This document shows, piece by piece, positions 40,250-58,854 of a stretch of DNA of 64,000 nucleotides (within the stretch, counting starts at the first letter, position 1; each line of letters begins with the position of its first letter). This stretch comes from the human T2T-CHM13v2.0 reference genome, Homo sapiens. A program made the position numbers and the translations under genes. The notes under the pieces were generated by a model, which searched no databases, was not told where the DNA came from, and was given only the letters and a program-made list of their open reading frames with translations. Location: assembly GCF_009914755.1 (NCBI RefSeq), contig NC_060937.1, one strand, 5' to 3'.

Positions 40250-41035
40250 AACTTCCAAAGGCCCCCAAGATCTTATTGTGGCAAATCCAATGATTAATAT
40301 GAGTCCTTGTTCCTTACATTCTTAGCAACACTTGTCAAAACTGATCACATCTTCCTTTAAAAATGTGATGACTAAGTTTGTAGAACACTATTTTTCATTT
40401 TTCCTGACTTCTCTGCTGACTCCTCGATTCTCTTTGCTGTGTGTCACCTTGACTTCTAGATGGGGAGTGCTCCAGAGCTCTGGCTTATCATTTTATCTCC
40501 CCATATTTATTCTGCAGGTGATCCCATACAATCATATGCTTTAAATATCATGTATTCACTGCTGACTCTTAGCTTTCTCTCTCTAGGCATAATCTTGAAC
40601 TCGAGCTCCACTCTCCAATCTCTAGCTTTCTACTTAAAATCCACTTAGATGTTTCAAATTTAATACATCCAATACTAATTTTTGATTCTCCTCCCCAAAC
40701 TTGCTTCTCTCATTTTTCCTTGTCTAAATAAATAACGCTTATCCAGTTGTTCAGGCCAAACACCTCAGAATCACTTTTTACTTTATTCTCCTACCACTCT
40801 TTCATCTCCAGCAAACATCTAATTGATTAGAGAATCCTGACTGTTCCAAATTCACAATATATGGTACATCTGACCATGGCACCCTGATTTTCCCTACTTC
40901 CTTTGCAAAAGCATGGGTCAAACACCATCATCTCTCTCCTGAATCAATGACATGCTAACTGAATTCTTACACTTCTCTCTTGCTACTCTACACACTTCCA
41001 CAAAGCTGCCAGAGAAATCTTTTAAATTCATGGTA
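40250..41035 (+). mobile_element. L2 body fragment
   Basis: gcaaatccaatg, gagtgctccagagctc, ccagttgttcaggccaaacacctcagaatca, ccagagaaatcttttaaa. Confidence 0.75.
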
Positions 41036-41324
41036 TATTTCCTATGTAGTTCTGGTACAAGATTGCCTCCAGAATGTTTGGTCTTGTCAGTGGTCATGAT
41101 TTTCCCCTCATCAAGGAGTCTATAAATTAGGGAGCCTGAGGTTTCAGAGACACATGTCTATTCACTGCTCAGAGGTGCAATGAGGCCTTCTCTGAACTAT
41201 TCTTAAAGATCTGGGTCATTCCACTCCAGGTCCTGTGAGGTGTTAAAGTTGTACAACTGAACATTGACCCTCTCTGCTGAAAAAAACCTATGGAGAATAT
41301 TGCTGACCATATCTTACAACAAGG

Positions 41325-45720
<4,396 letters not shown>

Positions 45721-47017
45721 GCACTGTCAAATTGTCAAGTACTAGTGAGAGCAGGCTTAAATACTCCCTCATCCACTGAGGTTAACAAAGGAAATGTAAC
45801 CATTTAGCTTTGAGTTACCCTCACATACTAAACACAGAAAAACAACCAAGAATCAAGATAGAACAGAGGGGCACAGGTATTGTACAAACCAAAATTTTAC
45901 AAATGACAAATTTTGGAGAAATAGCTAAATGCCATATGTACGTGTTGATGGTAGTGGAGGTCAGTAGGGAGAGGTGTTATCTGAGGTAGTCTCTATCCAG
46001 TAGGATGTACCTGGAGGAAGCAGTGGAACGTGGGCTACCAGACTGTATTAATAAAGGTGAGCAGGAGCTGACCACCCTAATAGTAGCAGCAAGATCAGCA
46101 AACCGATATCATTATTAAATGACTTCAAACCCTTTTCTCCTGGTCAATAAGGGATTACATTTGTTTGTCTGTTTTATCTGTAAAAAGTGTTAGGCATTTG
46201 AATGGCATCATCACGATGCTAACAAGTCTGTATACCCACAAGGTACTACCCTGGGCTTCTTATTTTCATCTACCAAGTATTTTTATGAGTGTCTAAATGG
46301 TTTTCTGAGCCAATAAATCTAACCCATCAGACGTGTGTATGTTGGACAGTAGGGAGGGAAAGGGGCATAAGAGAGAGGGGTTCATGAACACCTTCCAAGT
46401 TACGGGCATAACCAGTTGAGGAAATGAATATGACACTTAATGGAATTGGAACACTGAACAAGGAAAGACAAATCGTATCGGAAGAAAAAAAGATCTAGAA
46501 GCCATTTAGGCTCTTTTGAGACTTGAATGGGATAATGCATGCAAGGAGACCTAATAAAAGTAGTGCACAATACAAATATTGATGATGATGATGATTACCA
46601 CCTAGCAGTCAGGGGATTGCAATGTGTACAGCATTTCAGAACCACTTCTATTACCTTCAACTATGTATTAAACACTGCCAAAATGTTTCTTGTTTTCTAG
46701 CATATGTTTTGGCCTTAAATATAAATGTTAATGTTAATTCTCTTTTACTCCCTGGCATCTCAATCTTCAGCTCTTTCTAATTTCACTCGGATAAACATAG
46801 CCAAGTATTTTCTTCCAAAATACATCTACACTACATCCAAGGGTTTTCCTACAGACAGATTCCCAGAACACCAAGCAAAAACTAAAAGTAGTAGTATAAA
46901 CAAAAGCAACTTTATTTACAAAAACTCAACTTAAGATCTAACAGAGGAAGAGTGAGTCAACACTGCTCACCATCAACAGATGTTGTTAGAGGTCATTGTG
47001 GTTGTTTTTAAAATCTC

Positions 47018-47200
47018 TCAGTTGTTTTCAAACCTTAGTGTGCGTAAGAATCACCTGGTAGGCTTACTAAACTGAAAATTCCTGGGACCCACCTCCAGAG
47101 AATCTGATTTTATGATTGGAATGAGTTACAGGAAATTGCATTTTTAGCATAATCCTAATATAATAGAGAAGTACTTTCGTCCATGGGTCACACATAAAAT
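47018..47200. mobile_element. MER5-family hAT relic
   Basis: cagttgttttcaaaccttagtgtgcgtaagaatcacctgg...attcctgggacccacctccagagaatctgatt. Confidence 0.75.
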
Positions 47201-48154
47201 GTCCATCACATTGGTCATTAGCATTGGGCATGTTTGTTGTCTCTCTGCCTACTTTTGAAGATTGCAACTGTTAGTAAGAGTAAGCATACCATGATGCCTA
47301 ATGTCACAGCTGGGTAAGAAAACCCCACCTTCCCTGAATATCTGTAGATTTCAGCCTCTTCCTCCTGTTATTGCTTCCAAGGAATGCTCAGGAGTTGCCT
47401 TCTTGCTCGTATACCTGCCTTACACAGAAAATAACTCAGAAATGTTTCTAATTAGGCAAATCTAGTGATGAGTTATTTTAAAAAAAATTTGAGAAACTGT
47501 TCACCAGGGAAATGTGCAGATTTAAGTCTGACTTAATGGGGTTTGTTCAGAGGAGTGGGTATCAGTGCCAACTTTTACATAATTGCTTAAGATTTCCTTC
47601 TATGTCATTTAGCACTCTGTCTTCTTAAGAAGGTTCTTATGGTAAAAAAGAAAGTGTTGTACCAACCTTCATTTCCCCTTCTCTTATGTCTTATTGGTGG
47701 AGAGATACAAAGTTTATAGCTATCAGAGAGTTACCAAATTGGGATTGTGTGAAGAGGAACACATTAGCTTTGGGGAATCACAAGTTTTGGACATTTCTTC
47801 ACAGGATATATATGCGAGCTGTGATGCTGGAGCTCTCCCATCCAGCAAAAATGAAGTAGATTTAACGTTTGAAGAATTGAAAGTAATGGAAAAATTATAA
47901 TATTATAACCAAATGGACTTTACAAAGAGCCTTTCATAATTCAACCTATTAGTTGATGAGAAGCGTTTCTAAATGTTATTAATTAGGCCCAGATTAATTT
48001 TCTTTCATCCTATTTTGTTTCTCAGTTTCTTCTATATCAATAATTATACCTATAATTATAGTTAAGTGGCCATTTCCGAGGCTGGTATAAGTATTTAGAT
48101 AAGAGAATCTCGTAGGAATATCTTGTAGGGATATGGATGGAATGTTCTTAGGTG

Positions 48155-48380
48155 GTATTATATATTAACATTATATATAGATATAATATATATTATATAT
48201 TATATAACATTAAATATTATATATTATATATTATATAAACATGGCTACTTGAGATAATGAAAGTGCTATAATATATATTATATATACTATATAAATATAT
48301 AGATATAATTATATATGTGTGGGTGTTTACATTATATAATATATAGATATTAATACGTAATATCATACATATCTCTATAT
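48155..48380. repeat. AT-rich (TA/TATAT)n low-complexity tract containing an LTR-derived insert
   Basis: Degenerate TA repeats interrupted at 48241-48268. Confidence 0.9.
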
Positions 48381-49143
48381 GCTCTTGGACAAATATTCAA
48401 AAATAACTATTTTGTTAGGTCACGGGTAGTAAATCTAAATTAATTACTTTAGTCCTAGAAATACAATGGTTGCTCATTAATGGTAGTCGTTTTTATTACA
48501 GTAATAACAAAAAATAAGCCTTTTCAAGATCTAAAACTAGAATATATTGTTTCTACCTTTTGTGGGATCTGAGCTTAAGAAGCATGAAGCAGTATAATAT
48601 GTGTATTGTAAATAACCTTAAAGTAGAAACGTCAACAACCTCACCATTTTCTTGAGTGTGATGCTGTCCTTTGGTGTACAGTGTGTACAGTGTAGTGTTT
48701 GTTAATATTGCAATGCTCCTTGCAAGGTGATGTGTGCCTTAGCTTCCTCGTGGCTATGGTGAACAGTTAATCCGAGTAGATATCTGGAAGAATGTACGCA
48801 TGGTTGTCACTCTTAGTAATATGATAGTTAGCATCTTTATCTTTACCTCAGCAGAAAAAGCAGGAATTCCTAGAGCCATGAGGGAACATTTGCAATCACT
48901 TCAAGAACACCGAGAAAGTAGCAAATAACTCTTTAGAGAAAGGTTTTTAAGTTCCAAATGCCTGTTTTGTTTATTATTTTAGTACCCTTTTATTGTAGAT
49001 AATAAATATTTGATAAATTCCCTGATTATATGATGATTTTGATTGCCTTTCTCTACCAAAATATTTCTAGTTGTTTACCATTCATCAGGTCCTTTGAGGA
49101 CTTCTGCTTGTAAGTACTCAGAATATGTCGGGGGAAAAAAAAA

Positions 49144-49164
49144 ACACACACACACACACACACA
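49144..49164. repeat. (CA)n microsatellite
   Basis: CA run following an A tract. Confidence 0.9.
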
Positions 49165-49197
49165 AAACTAAAGCAGGCAAATATTCTACTCTTCCTG

Positions 49198-49613
49198 TGT
49201 TGGGGTGATCAGACCCAACACCAGGCTGTGGGGGCTACGAAGTCCAGCAGAGTCAAAGGAATGAAAAAAGACAAGAGAGAAAGTGGGACCAGGGAGCCAA
49301 CGGTAGTATGGAGGCTGCGAAGGCCCCAAGCTCTGGGGGCCCATGCTATTAATTGGTGATCACACAAAGAAACAGGTTGTGACGATGTGGGGGTTGAAAG
49401 GAAGCAGCGTATCAAGAGAATGAGCTACAGCTGTGACGGTTTAGCATTTTCTTTGAAACATATGGCTACTTGAGATAATGAAAATGCTAGAAGCAAGGAG
49501 CCAGCAAGTCTATACACATTCCAGAGACCAGGAAGGGTTTTAGACCCTGGACCCCTTACATGTTCCAAACCCTGCCTCAGCTTCTCTCCCAACACTCAGC
49601 TTTCCTCCCAACA
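49198..49613 (-). mobile_element. Solo LTR3-family LTR (HERV-K HML-6 group)
   Basis: tgttgggg...cccaaca termini; sense start tgttgggaggaaagctgagtgttgggagagaagctgaggcaggg matches recalled LTR3. Confidence 0.82.
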
Positions 49614-50345
49614 ACCTAGAGTTAACTGTCTAGCTGGGAAGAGGTGAAAGGGGACTAAATGCATATAAAAACAATAAATATGGTAAAGAATATGGTAGAA
49701 TAAGTTATTCCAGAAAGTGATCAATATCATGGATGAAGAAAAAAGAAGAAAGTAGAGTTGGGTGAAGGGAGTCAAAGTATCAGGCTAGAGACGGGTGAAG
49801 AAGGATGTATTTCAATAAAGTGATTAGCATAGGTTTCTTTGAAAATATGACATCTAAACCAGGAGTTGAAAGATGAAGCAATTAACCATCATGTACCTGG
49901 GGAAAGATGTTACAGGAAGAGTAGGCAGCCAGGGCACAGGCCCGACAGTGGAGGGGCACCTGGTGCTCCAGGAATGGTCGGGAGGCCAGTGTGGCTGGAG
50001 CAGAGTGGGACAGGGCAGAGTAGGACTATGGTGGGGGGTGTGTAGGGCCTTGTAGATCTGTAAGAGCAGGGTGGGGAGCGCTTTTTCTTCACAGTGAATG
50101 TTATGTTTACTCTGAGGCTCGGGGGAGCCCGTTGAAATATCTGGTATGAACTGGTTAACGTTTTGAGGTATCTTTCTGGCTGCTCTGTTGAGAATGGATT
50201 GTAAGAGGGCCAAGGTGGACACAGTGTGTCTGGTTACGAAGCCACTGCAGTATTCCAGGTAAGACACAGTGGGTACTCACATCTCACGGTGGCAGTGGGA
50301 CTGGTACGAAGTGGCCAGCATCTTTGCCTATGGCTCTGATGGAGA
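49614..50345 (-). mobile_element. L2 fragment
   Basis: gagttgaaagatgaag, ggaggccagtgtggctggagcagagt, ctctttctggctgctctgttgagaatggattgta-like L2a motifs. Confidence 0.8.
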
Positions 50346-50374
50346 AGCTTTTATCAGAGTAACTAGCATACTTG

Positions 50375-51125
50375 TGTGTCTGGAATTGGTGGGTTCTTGG
50401 TCTCGCTGATTTCAAGAATGAAGCCACAGACCCTCGCAGTGAGTGTTACAGTTCCTAAAGATGGTGTGTCTGGAGTTTGTTCCTTCTGATGTTCCAACGT
50501 GTCCCGAGTTTCTTCCTTCTGGTGGGTTCACAGTCTTGCTGACTTCGGGAGTGAAGCTGCAGACCTTCATGGTGAGTGTTACTGCTCATAAAGGCAGCGT
50601 GGACCCAAAGAGTGAGCTACAGCAAGATTTATTGCAAAGAGAGAAAGAACAAACCTTCCACAATGTGGAAGGAGACCCCAGGGAATCCCTGGACCTGGCG
50701 GGTGGCCTGCTTTTATTCCCTTATTTGGCCCCACCCACATCCTGCTAATTGGTCCATTTTACAGAGAGCGGATTGGTCCATTTTACAGAGTGCTGATTGG
50801 TCCATTTTACAGAGTGCTAATTGGTCTGTTTTGACAGAGTGCTGATTGGTACATTTACAATCTTTTAGCTAGACACAGAGCACTGATTGGTGCATTTACA
50901 ATCCTTTAGCTAGACAGAAAAGTTGTCCAAGTCCCCTACCTGATAGCTAGACTGATTGGTGCATTTACAATCCTTTAGCTAGACACAGAGCACTGACTGG
51001 TGCGTTTACAAACCTTTAGCTAGACACACCAGAGTGCTGATTGGTGCATTTATAATCCTTTAGCTAGACAGAAAAGTTCTCCAAGTCTCCACCCGACCCA
51101 GAAGCCCACACAGCTTCACCTCTCA
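50375..51125 (-). mobile_element. Solo LTR12-family LTR (HERV9)
   Basis: tgtgtctggaattggtgggttcttggtctc start, tandem gctgattggt(c/g)cattt units, ends gcttcacctctca. Confidence 0.92.
50745..51050 (-). promoter_or_regulatory. Array of about 8 CCAAT (NF-Y) boxes in the LTR12 U3
   Basis: Repeated attgg on the + strand near 50748, 50772, 50796, 50820, 50845, 50886, 50955 and 51040; one further copy is mutated to gactgg. Confidence 0.7.
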
Positions 51126-51129
51126 ACTG

Positions 51130-53950
51130 GAACACTGTAAAAAGTTGCGAAATTAAAACAGCAACAACAGCCTTCTGAAGATGATAGAGAACAGACAAGA
51201 TATCTGTAACTTGAGTGGCCAAGATGCCCTGAGAGGGGGAAATGGCACTGAGGTGACCCCAATGTCACCCATCACGTCTCTTATCCAGACACTTACCAAG
51301 TTCTAAGGGGCACGAGCCTCGGAAGATCAAATGAAAGCAGTGGAGAGACCTCCAGCAAGCTTATAGGTTAGGGGAGACAAAGTTGAAATGTAGAGCTACC
51401 AAGGTGGCCTGGATTTAGAAGGAGCCAAGCCTGTCGGAAAGGTAACCATGGAAGGTGAGCCTGAAATTCCCTATTTGTAGGTTGGATGAGAGTGAGGGAA
51501 TATGGTGCAGGTGAGAGGCCAGGAAGTCAAGCAAAGCAGTCACTAAGCATCCACTGGGAATGCAAACACTGGAAATTAAGGCAAGACCCAGAGAAAGGCA
51601 CTGCAAACACTAACAAGCTTTCAGGTAAGGCTTCCAATGTATTATTTCCTAGGAGAGAAAGCAAACTAGAAAAAGTCTATCCTTCACTAAGACAGAAAGC
51701 TCATTTGAAACATCTTCATTCCAGAAAGGATCAAGTTGATCTGTACCTAGTGTAACAATCATCCAGATAAAGGGAAATAGTTCCTAGATGAAGATAATAT
51801 CTTTCAGAGATATTGTCGTAACAAGCAACTGTGTTTTCAGAGATACTGCTGTAACAAGCAACAGTTGTCATTCAGTAATTTATTATCAGGCTTTGAAAAA
51901 TATAGGACCAGGTGACCAAACACCAAGAGAAAAAATAGAAAGTAGTAGCAACTCCACAGATGATAAAGAGCCATCAGAGTCATATGTTTAAATAAGTAAA
52001 TGGTAAGTTGGACATTTTCACTAGAAAATAAGAGTCTGTGAAACAGAATTAAATAGAAAGTAGTAGCAACTCCACAGATGATAAAGAGCCATCAGAGTCA
52101 TATGTTTAAATAAGTAAATGGTAAGATGGACATTTTCACCAGAAAATGAGAGTCTATGAAACAGAATTAAATGGAAATCCTAAAGCTGTAAAGTAACCGA
52201 AATCAGCAACTCAATAAACAGTTTCAACAGCAGGTCAAACGCAGGAGAGTGGGTTAGTGAGCTGGAGGACAGATCTGTAGAAAATATCCTTATTTGAAAC
52301 ACAGAAAGAAATATTTACAAAAAGAGAGAGAAAGAAAAACAGTATGGAAAACAAAGGAGATTTTGAAAGATATAAAATGTGTATAATTGGTGTTCTAAAC
52401 AGAAAAGAGAGGCATGGGGTGGAAGCAGTATTTGAGGACATAATGGCTGAGAATTCTCAAAACAGACAAAGGACCCAAGTCAAAGATTAAAGAAAAACTA
52501 CGGACCACAAGCAAATTAAATTAAGAACAACAAAATGAACAACTGCACATTTAGCAGCATAGTAAAACTGCTAAAAGCCAAAGCCAAAGAAAGTTTTCAA
52601 AGCAGCCAAGGGAAAATAGGCACATTATCTTAAAAAGAGCAACAATGATACCCAGAGCTGAATTCTTAACAGAAATTATCTAAGCACAAAGAAAATGCAA
52701 TAACAACTTTAACAGGCTAAAAGAAAATAATTGCCAATCCTGAATCCTTGACTTAGCAAAAGCAATCCTTTGAAAATAAAGATCTTTATAAACAGAAACA
52801 GAGGATTTATTGGCAGCAAATATGCAATGAAAGAAATAATCAGGGAGTTCTTCACGCAATAGGAAAATGATGAAAACCTGGAAGTACAGGAAGGAACAAA
52901 GAATTTAAAAGTGATGATATGGGTAAATCTAAATAACTATTTTTCCTGTATAACAATGTTAATAATGTCATATGCTTCAAAATATATGTAGAATGAAAGT
53001 TCCTGACCCTAGTAATAGCAAAAATAAGGTGAGGCTAGTAAAATTCAATCTTTGTATTGATGAAGAAATGATGGAAAGTATCTGTTTTTAGAGTGGCCCT
53101 AATCAATCAAGGATTTATATTGAAACCCCTAAAGCAATAATAATGATAATGATGAAAGGCTATATTACTAATAAACTAATAAAAAAGAAACAAAAATAGA
53201 ACCATAAATGTTTCATTAAACTTGAATAATTCCAGAAAGGTACAAAATGAACTTGGGAAGACCTATTGTAAATAGTGCATAGATTTAATGTCAAATAACG
53301 CCAGTAAATGTTTCCATTAAAAAAACACGGATTCAGGATTTTTTAAAATCTCAAACATACAGTGTTTTAAAGAGATATGCCTTGAATGTAAGGACATAAA
53401 GGTTAAAAGTAAAAAGACGTAAATGATTTAACATGTAAAAACTAATGAAAACAAACTGGGATAGCCCTACTGACATCAGACAGAGCAGACTTTAAGGCAA
53501 TGCTCATTATTGGAGACAAAGATATTTCCTAATGATAAAATGGCTAGTCCACTAGAAAGACAGAATTCTGAATTTGTTGGCAGCTAATAGAATAACATTA
53601 AAATATATAAAACTAAAAGCTGAAAGAACTGAAAGGAGAAACAGACAAGTCCGCACTCATAGTGAAAGACTAATATCCCACTCTCAATAACCAATAGAAC
53701 ACTAAAAAGAAAAAAAAATGATGCATGGACTATTTAAACATCATGCCTAACAAATTTGGCCTAATTGGCATATGCAGATCACTGCACTTAGCTTTTCAAG
53801 TGCACATAGCCTGGACCATAAGGCAAATATCACCAAATTTCACATCATTCAAACATACGGTGTAGTCTCTGCTACAGTGGAATTAAACTAGATATAAATA
53901 ACAAAAAAATTATTAAGAGAGACTCATGAATTAACCATAAACAAATATAG
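51130..53950 (+). mobile_element. Old L1M 5' UTR, ORF1 and start of ORF2
   Basis: gaagcagtatttgaggacataatggctgagaattctcaaaac (ORF1); acatcagacagagcagactttaaggcaa (endonuclease). Confidence 0.8.
51933..52168 (+). repeat. 118-bp tandem duplication
   Basis: 51933-52050 versus 52051-52168, 4 mismatches. Confidence 0.95.
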
Positions 53951-54613
53951 TCCAATGCTATATAAAAATGTCAGAATCAAAAAACTTCAGGAAAGAAGTA
54001 GAAAAAAAAACGACCTCAGAAGCAAGGACAGAACTGGAGGTGGCAGGAAGGCCAGTGCCTGTCTAGCATGCATGAGGGGTTCTGATTTCCCTTCTTCTCA
54101 GCGAGCATTATGTACCCAGGACTGAATGTGCCAGAGAGAGGCCCCTTTTTCTAATTTGTACAAAGGCACATAGAGGTGACTTCTGAAACCTCAAAGGAAA
54201 GCAGGATAACACAAGTTATTTTAAAAGTGTTTTTAAGCATAAAAGCTAACTGGGTCGAACACGAAAGGATTCAGAAAATATTGTTCTTCTGAGCCCTTGT
54301 TAGTGAACTGAGGGTGTTTTCTGCAACTAGTAGAGTTTTCAACCAAACAAACAAAAAATGGGGAAACTACCCTGCAACAATATGACTGATGATAAGCAAG
54401 AAATTTTTGTATGTATCTATATACAACTAAAAGAAATGGGGTGATGAAGGAAAAGATGCCAATGTTATACTGAAAATACAGAAAAATTACAACAAACAAA
54501 AATAAGGAAGTACAAAGATATTGAGAAGTAGAGATGGTCTCACCTCTAAAGCTGAGTGATAAAGATCATAGATAATATAATGCTGAAGTCACGTAATAGA
54601 AGTAAAAGGGTAG

Positions 54614-54974
<361 letters not shown>

Positions 54975-55267
54975 GAGATATTTTTGTGTAAAATTAGGTG
55001 ATAGAGGACAGGAGGAGGAGAAGGAATATGGAATGTGGTACTTTTAGAAATGCTTATAGTTCAGAAAATAAGAAAGCATAATTAAAAATATTTTATATAG
55101 TATAAATATAATAACAGTTGCCACTAGGACAAAAATATAGACTTTCCAAAATATCAAGACCCTATAAAGAAAAAAATCAAAGAGAAGAAAGAGATCACAT
55201 TATAAAATGGTATAAAATAAATTCAATGTTTGACAGCAGAGTAGAACAATACTTAAAAAAAAAATTG

Positions 55268-55578
55268 GGCCGGGCGTGGTGGCTCACTCCTGTAATCCCG
55301 GCACTTTGGGAGGCCCAGGTGGGTGGATCACGAGGTCAGAAGATGGAGACCATCCTGGCTAACACGGTGAAACCCCGTCTCTACTAAAAAATACAAAAAA
55401 TTAGCCAGGTATGGTGGCAGGCGCCTGTAGTCCCAGCTACTCGGGAGGCTGAGGCAGGAGAATGGCATGAACTCAGGAAGTGGAGCTTGCAGTGAGAGAT
55501 CATGCTACTGCACTCCAACCCAGGCGATAGAGAGAAGACTCTGTCTCAAAAAAAAAAAAAAGAAAGAAAAAAAGAAAA
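55268..55578 (+). mobile_element. AluY/Sc-like
   Basis: ggccgggcgtggtggctc...accatcctggctaacacggtg; A-rich tail. Confidence 0.96.
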
Positions 55579-55875
55579 ATTGGACTTAGATGATGAAAAC
55601 CCTGAGTACCCTGTCTTGACCACCACATATTATATACACGTAAAAAGTTTCTCAAGTACCCCATCAATTTTGACAAATTTTTAAGATTATAAATAGAAAT
55701 CTAAAACGAAAACACAACAGTAATGGCCATAATATACATAAGCTAAAGAAGACACATCCACATGTTAAAGAAAATTGATTTTTAATGAGTAATTTTATAA
55801 ATCAAAGTCATTAGAAAGATTGAAAATGAAAAGATGGGCAAAGTTACACAAGACAAATGCAATAGAAACAAAGCA

Positions 55876-56277
<402 letters not shown>

Positions 56278-56519
56278 TCAGGTTACGAACACAGTAGAAA
56301 GAAAAAAAGAAAAGAGAGGAATTTTTAATGCTGAAGGGTGAAATTCAAATGAGGATATGAGAATAGGCCATACATCACAAAATATAAAAACGATGTTTAA
56401 AAACAAAACTATAGTTGATACCAGGAGAATCAGATGGAACACATTAGCGTGCAAGATTTCAATACGGTTTCTCAGCCTGCAGCAAATCATGGGGAAATAT
56501 GAAAGTGAGATTTTTTTTC

Positions 56520-57970
<1,451 letters not shown>

Positions 57971-57980
57971 GGGGAAGGAT

Positions 57981-58165
57981 TAGGGTTGCCAGACAAAATA
58001 TAGGACGCATAGTTAAATTTGGATATCAAACAATAATTTTTAAATATATGCATGTCTCTTGTAATATTTGGGAAATACTTCTACTTAAAAAGCATTAATT
58101 ATTTATCTGAAAATTAAACTTAATCAGGAATCCTATGTTTTTATTTGTTAAACCTGGCAATGCCA
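57981..58165. mobile_element. MER53-like palindromic hAT MITE
   Basis: Terminal inverted repeats tagggttgccaga...cctggcaatgcca; internal agttaaatttg/aattaaactt symmetry. Confidence 0.78.
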
Positions 58166-58827
58166 GGTAATACACCCAAGTAATTTGTAACAAGGTTTAG
58201 CTGTGTGGGTTCAGAAACTAGCGTCCTCAAGGGCAACCTGAGATAGGGCTGGATGATGAGTTTTTCTCTTATGTATTTTATGCTTTCTGAATTTTAGAAG
58301 ATGTAATTGCATTACCTATTAAAATAATGTAAATACATAAAAATAAATATGAATAAAGTTAAATATTCCTATAAGTGGACTACTAGAAACCATGTGTCAT
58401 TAATGGAGATTTCTCTTTTATATTCTGTTATAGTGAAACCAGACTCCATCTATCACGTTATAATTTGAAAATATAAATGTCTGCAATTCAGTGAAAGCTG
58501 AAACGTTCTGTGATTTTTATGTTCTTGAAGTATTCTAATTCCACCTATCCTTCTTGTTGCCACTATTTCAACAGTGAAAAAAAAAATCAAACGTCTGAGG
58601 TTTGGGATTGAGAATAAAAGTGTCATAAAGTATTATTCTTGAGAAAGCAGGCTCAGCCAGGTTTTTGAAATCTTCCCAAATCTTCTCAGCCTTTTGACAG
58701 CTTCTCAGATAACTCAAATGGCCACTCAGACATGTTGCTGTAGCAAGTACTAGCTGGGGAAAAAAAAATAATCAAAGGAAGAGTGTACCTTGGGACTTGT
58801 TAGTGTGGTGGGCCTCACACCTGGGAG

Positions 58828-58854
58828 ACACACACACACACCTACACACACACA
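58828..58854. repeat. Imperfect (CA)n
   Basis: CA run with one interruption. Confidence 0.85.

Noticed and set aside
50745-51070. Regularly spaced direct repeats resembling a CRISPR array
   Set aside because: These are the normal U3 tandem repeats of LTR12; there are no unique spacers or cas genes, and the context is eukaryotic.
57981-58165. Long imperfect palindrome as a candidate novel hairpin RNA
   Set aside because: Explained by a MER53-like MITE; the arms are degraded and nothing indicates expression.
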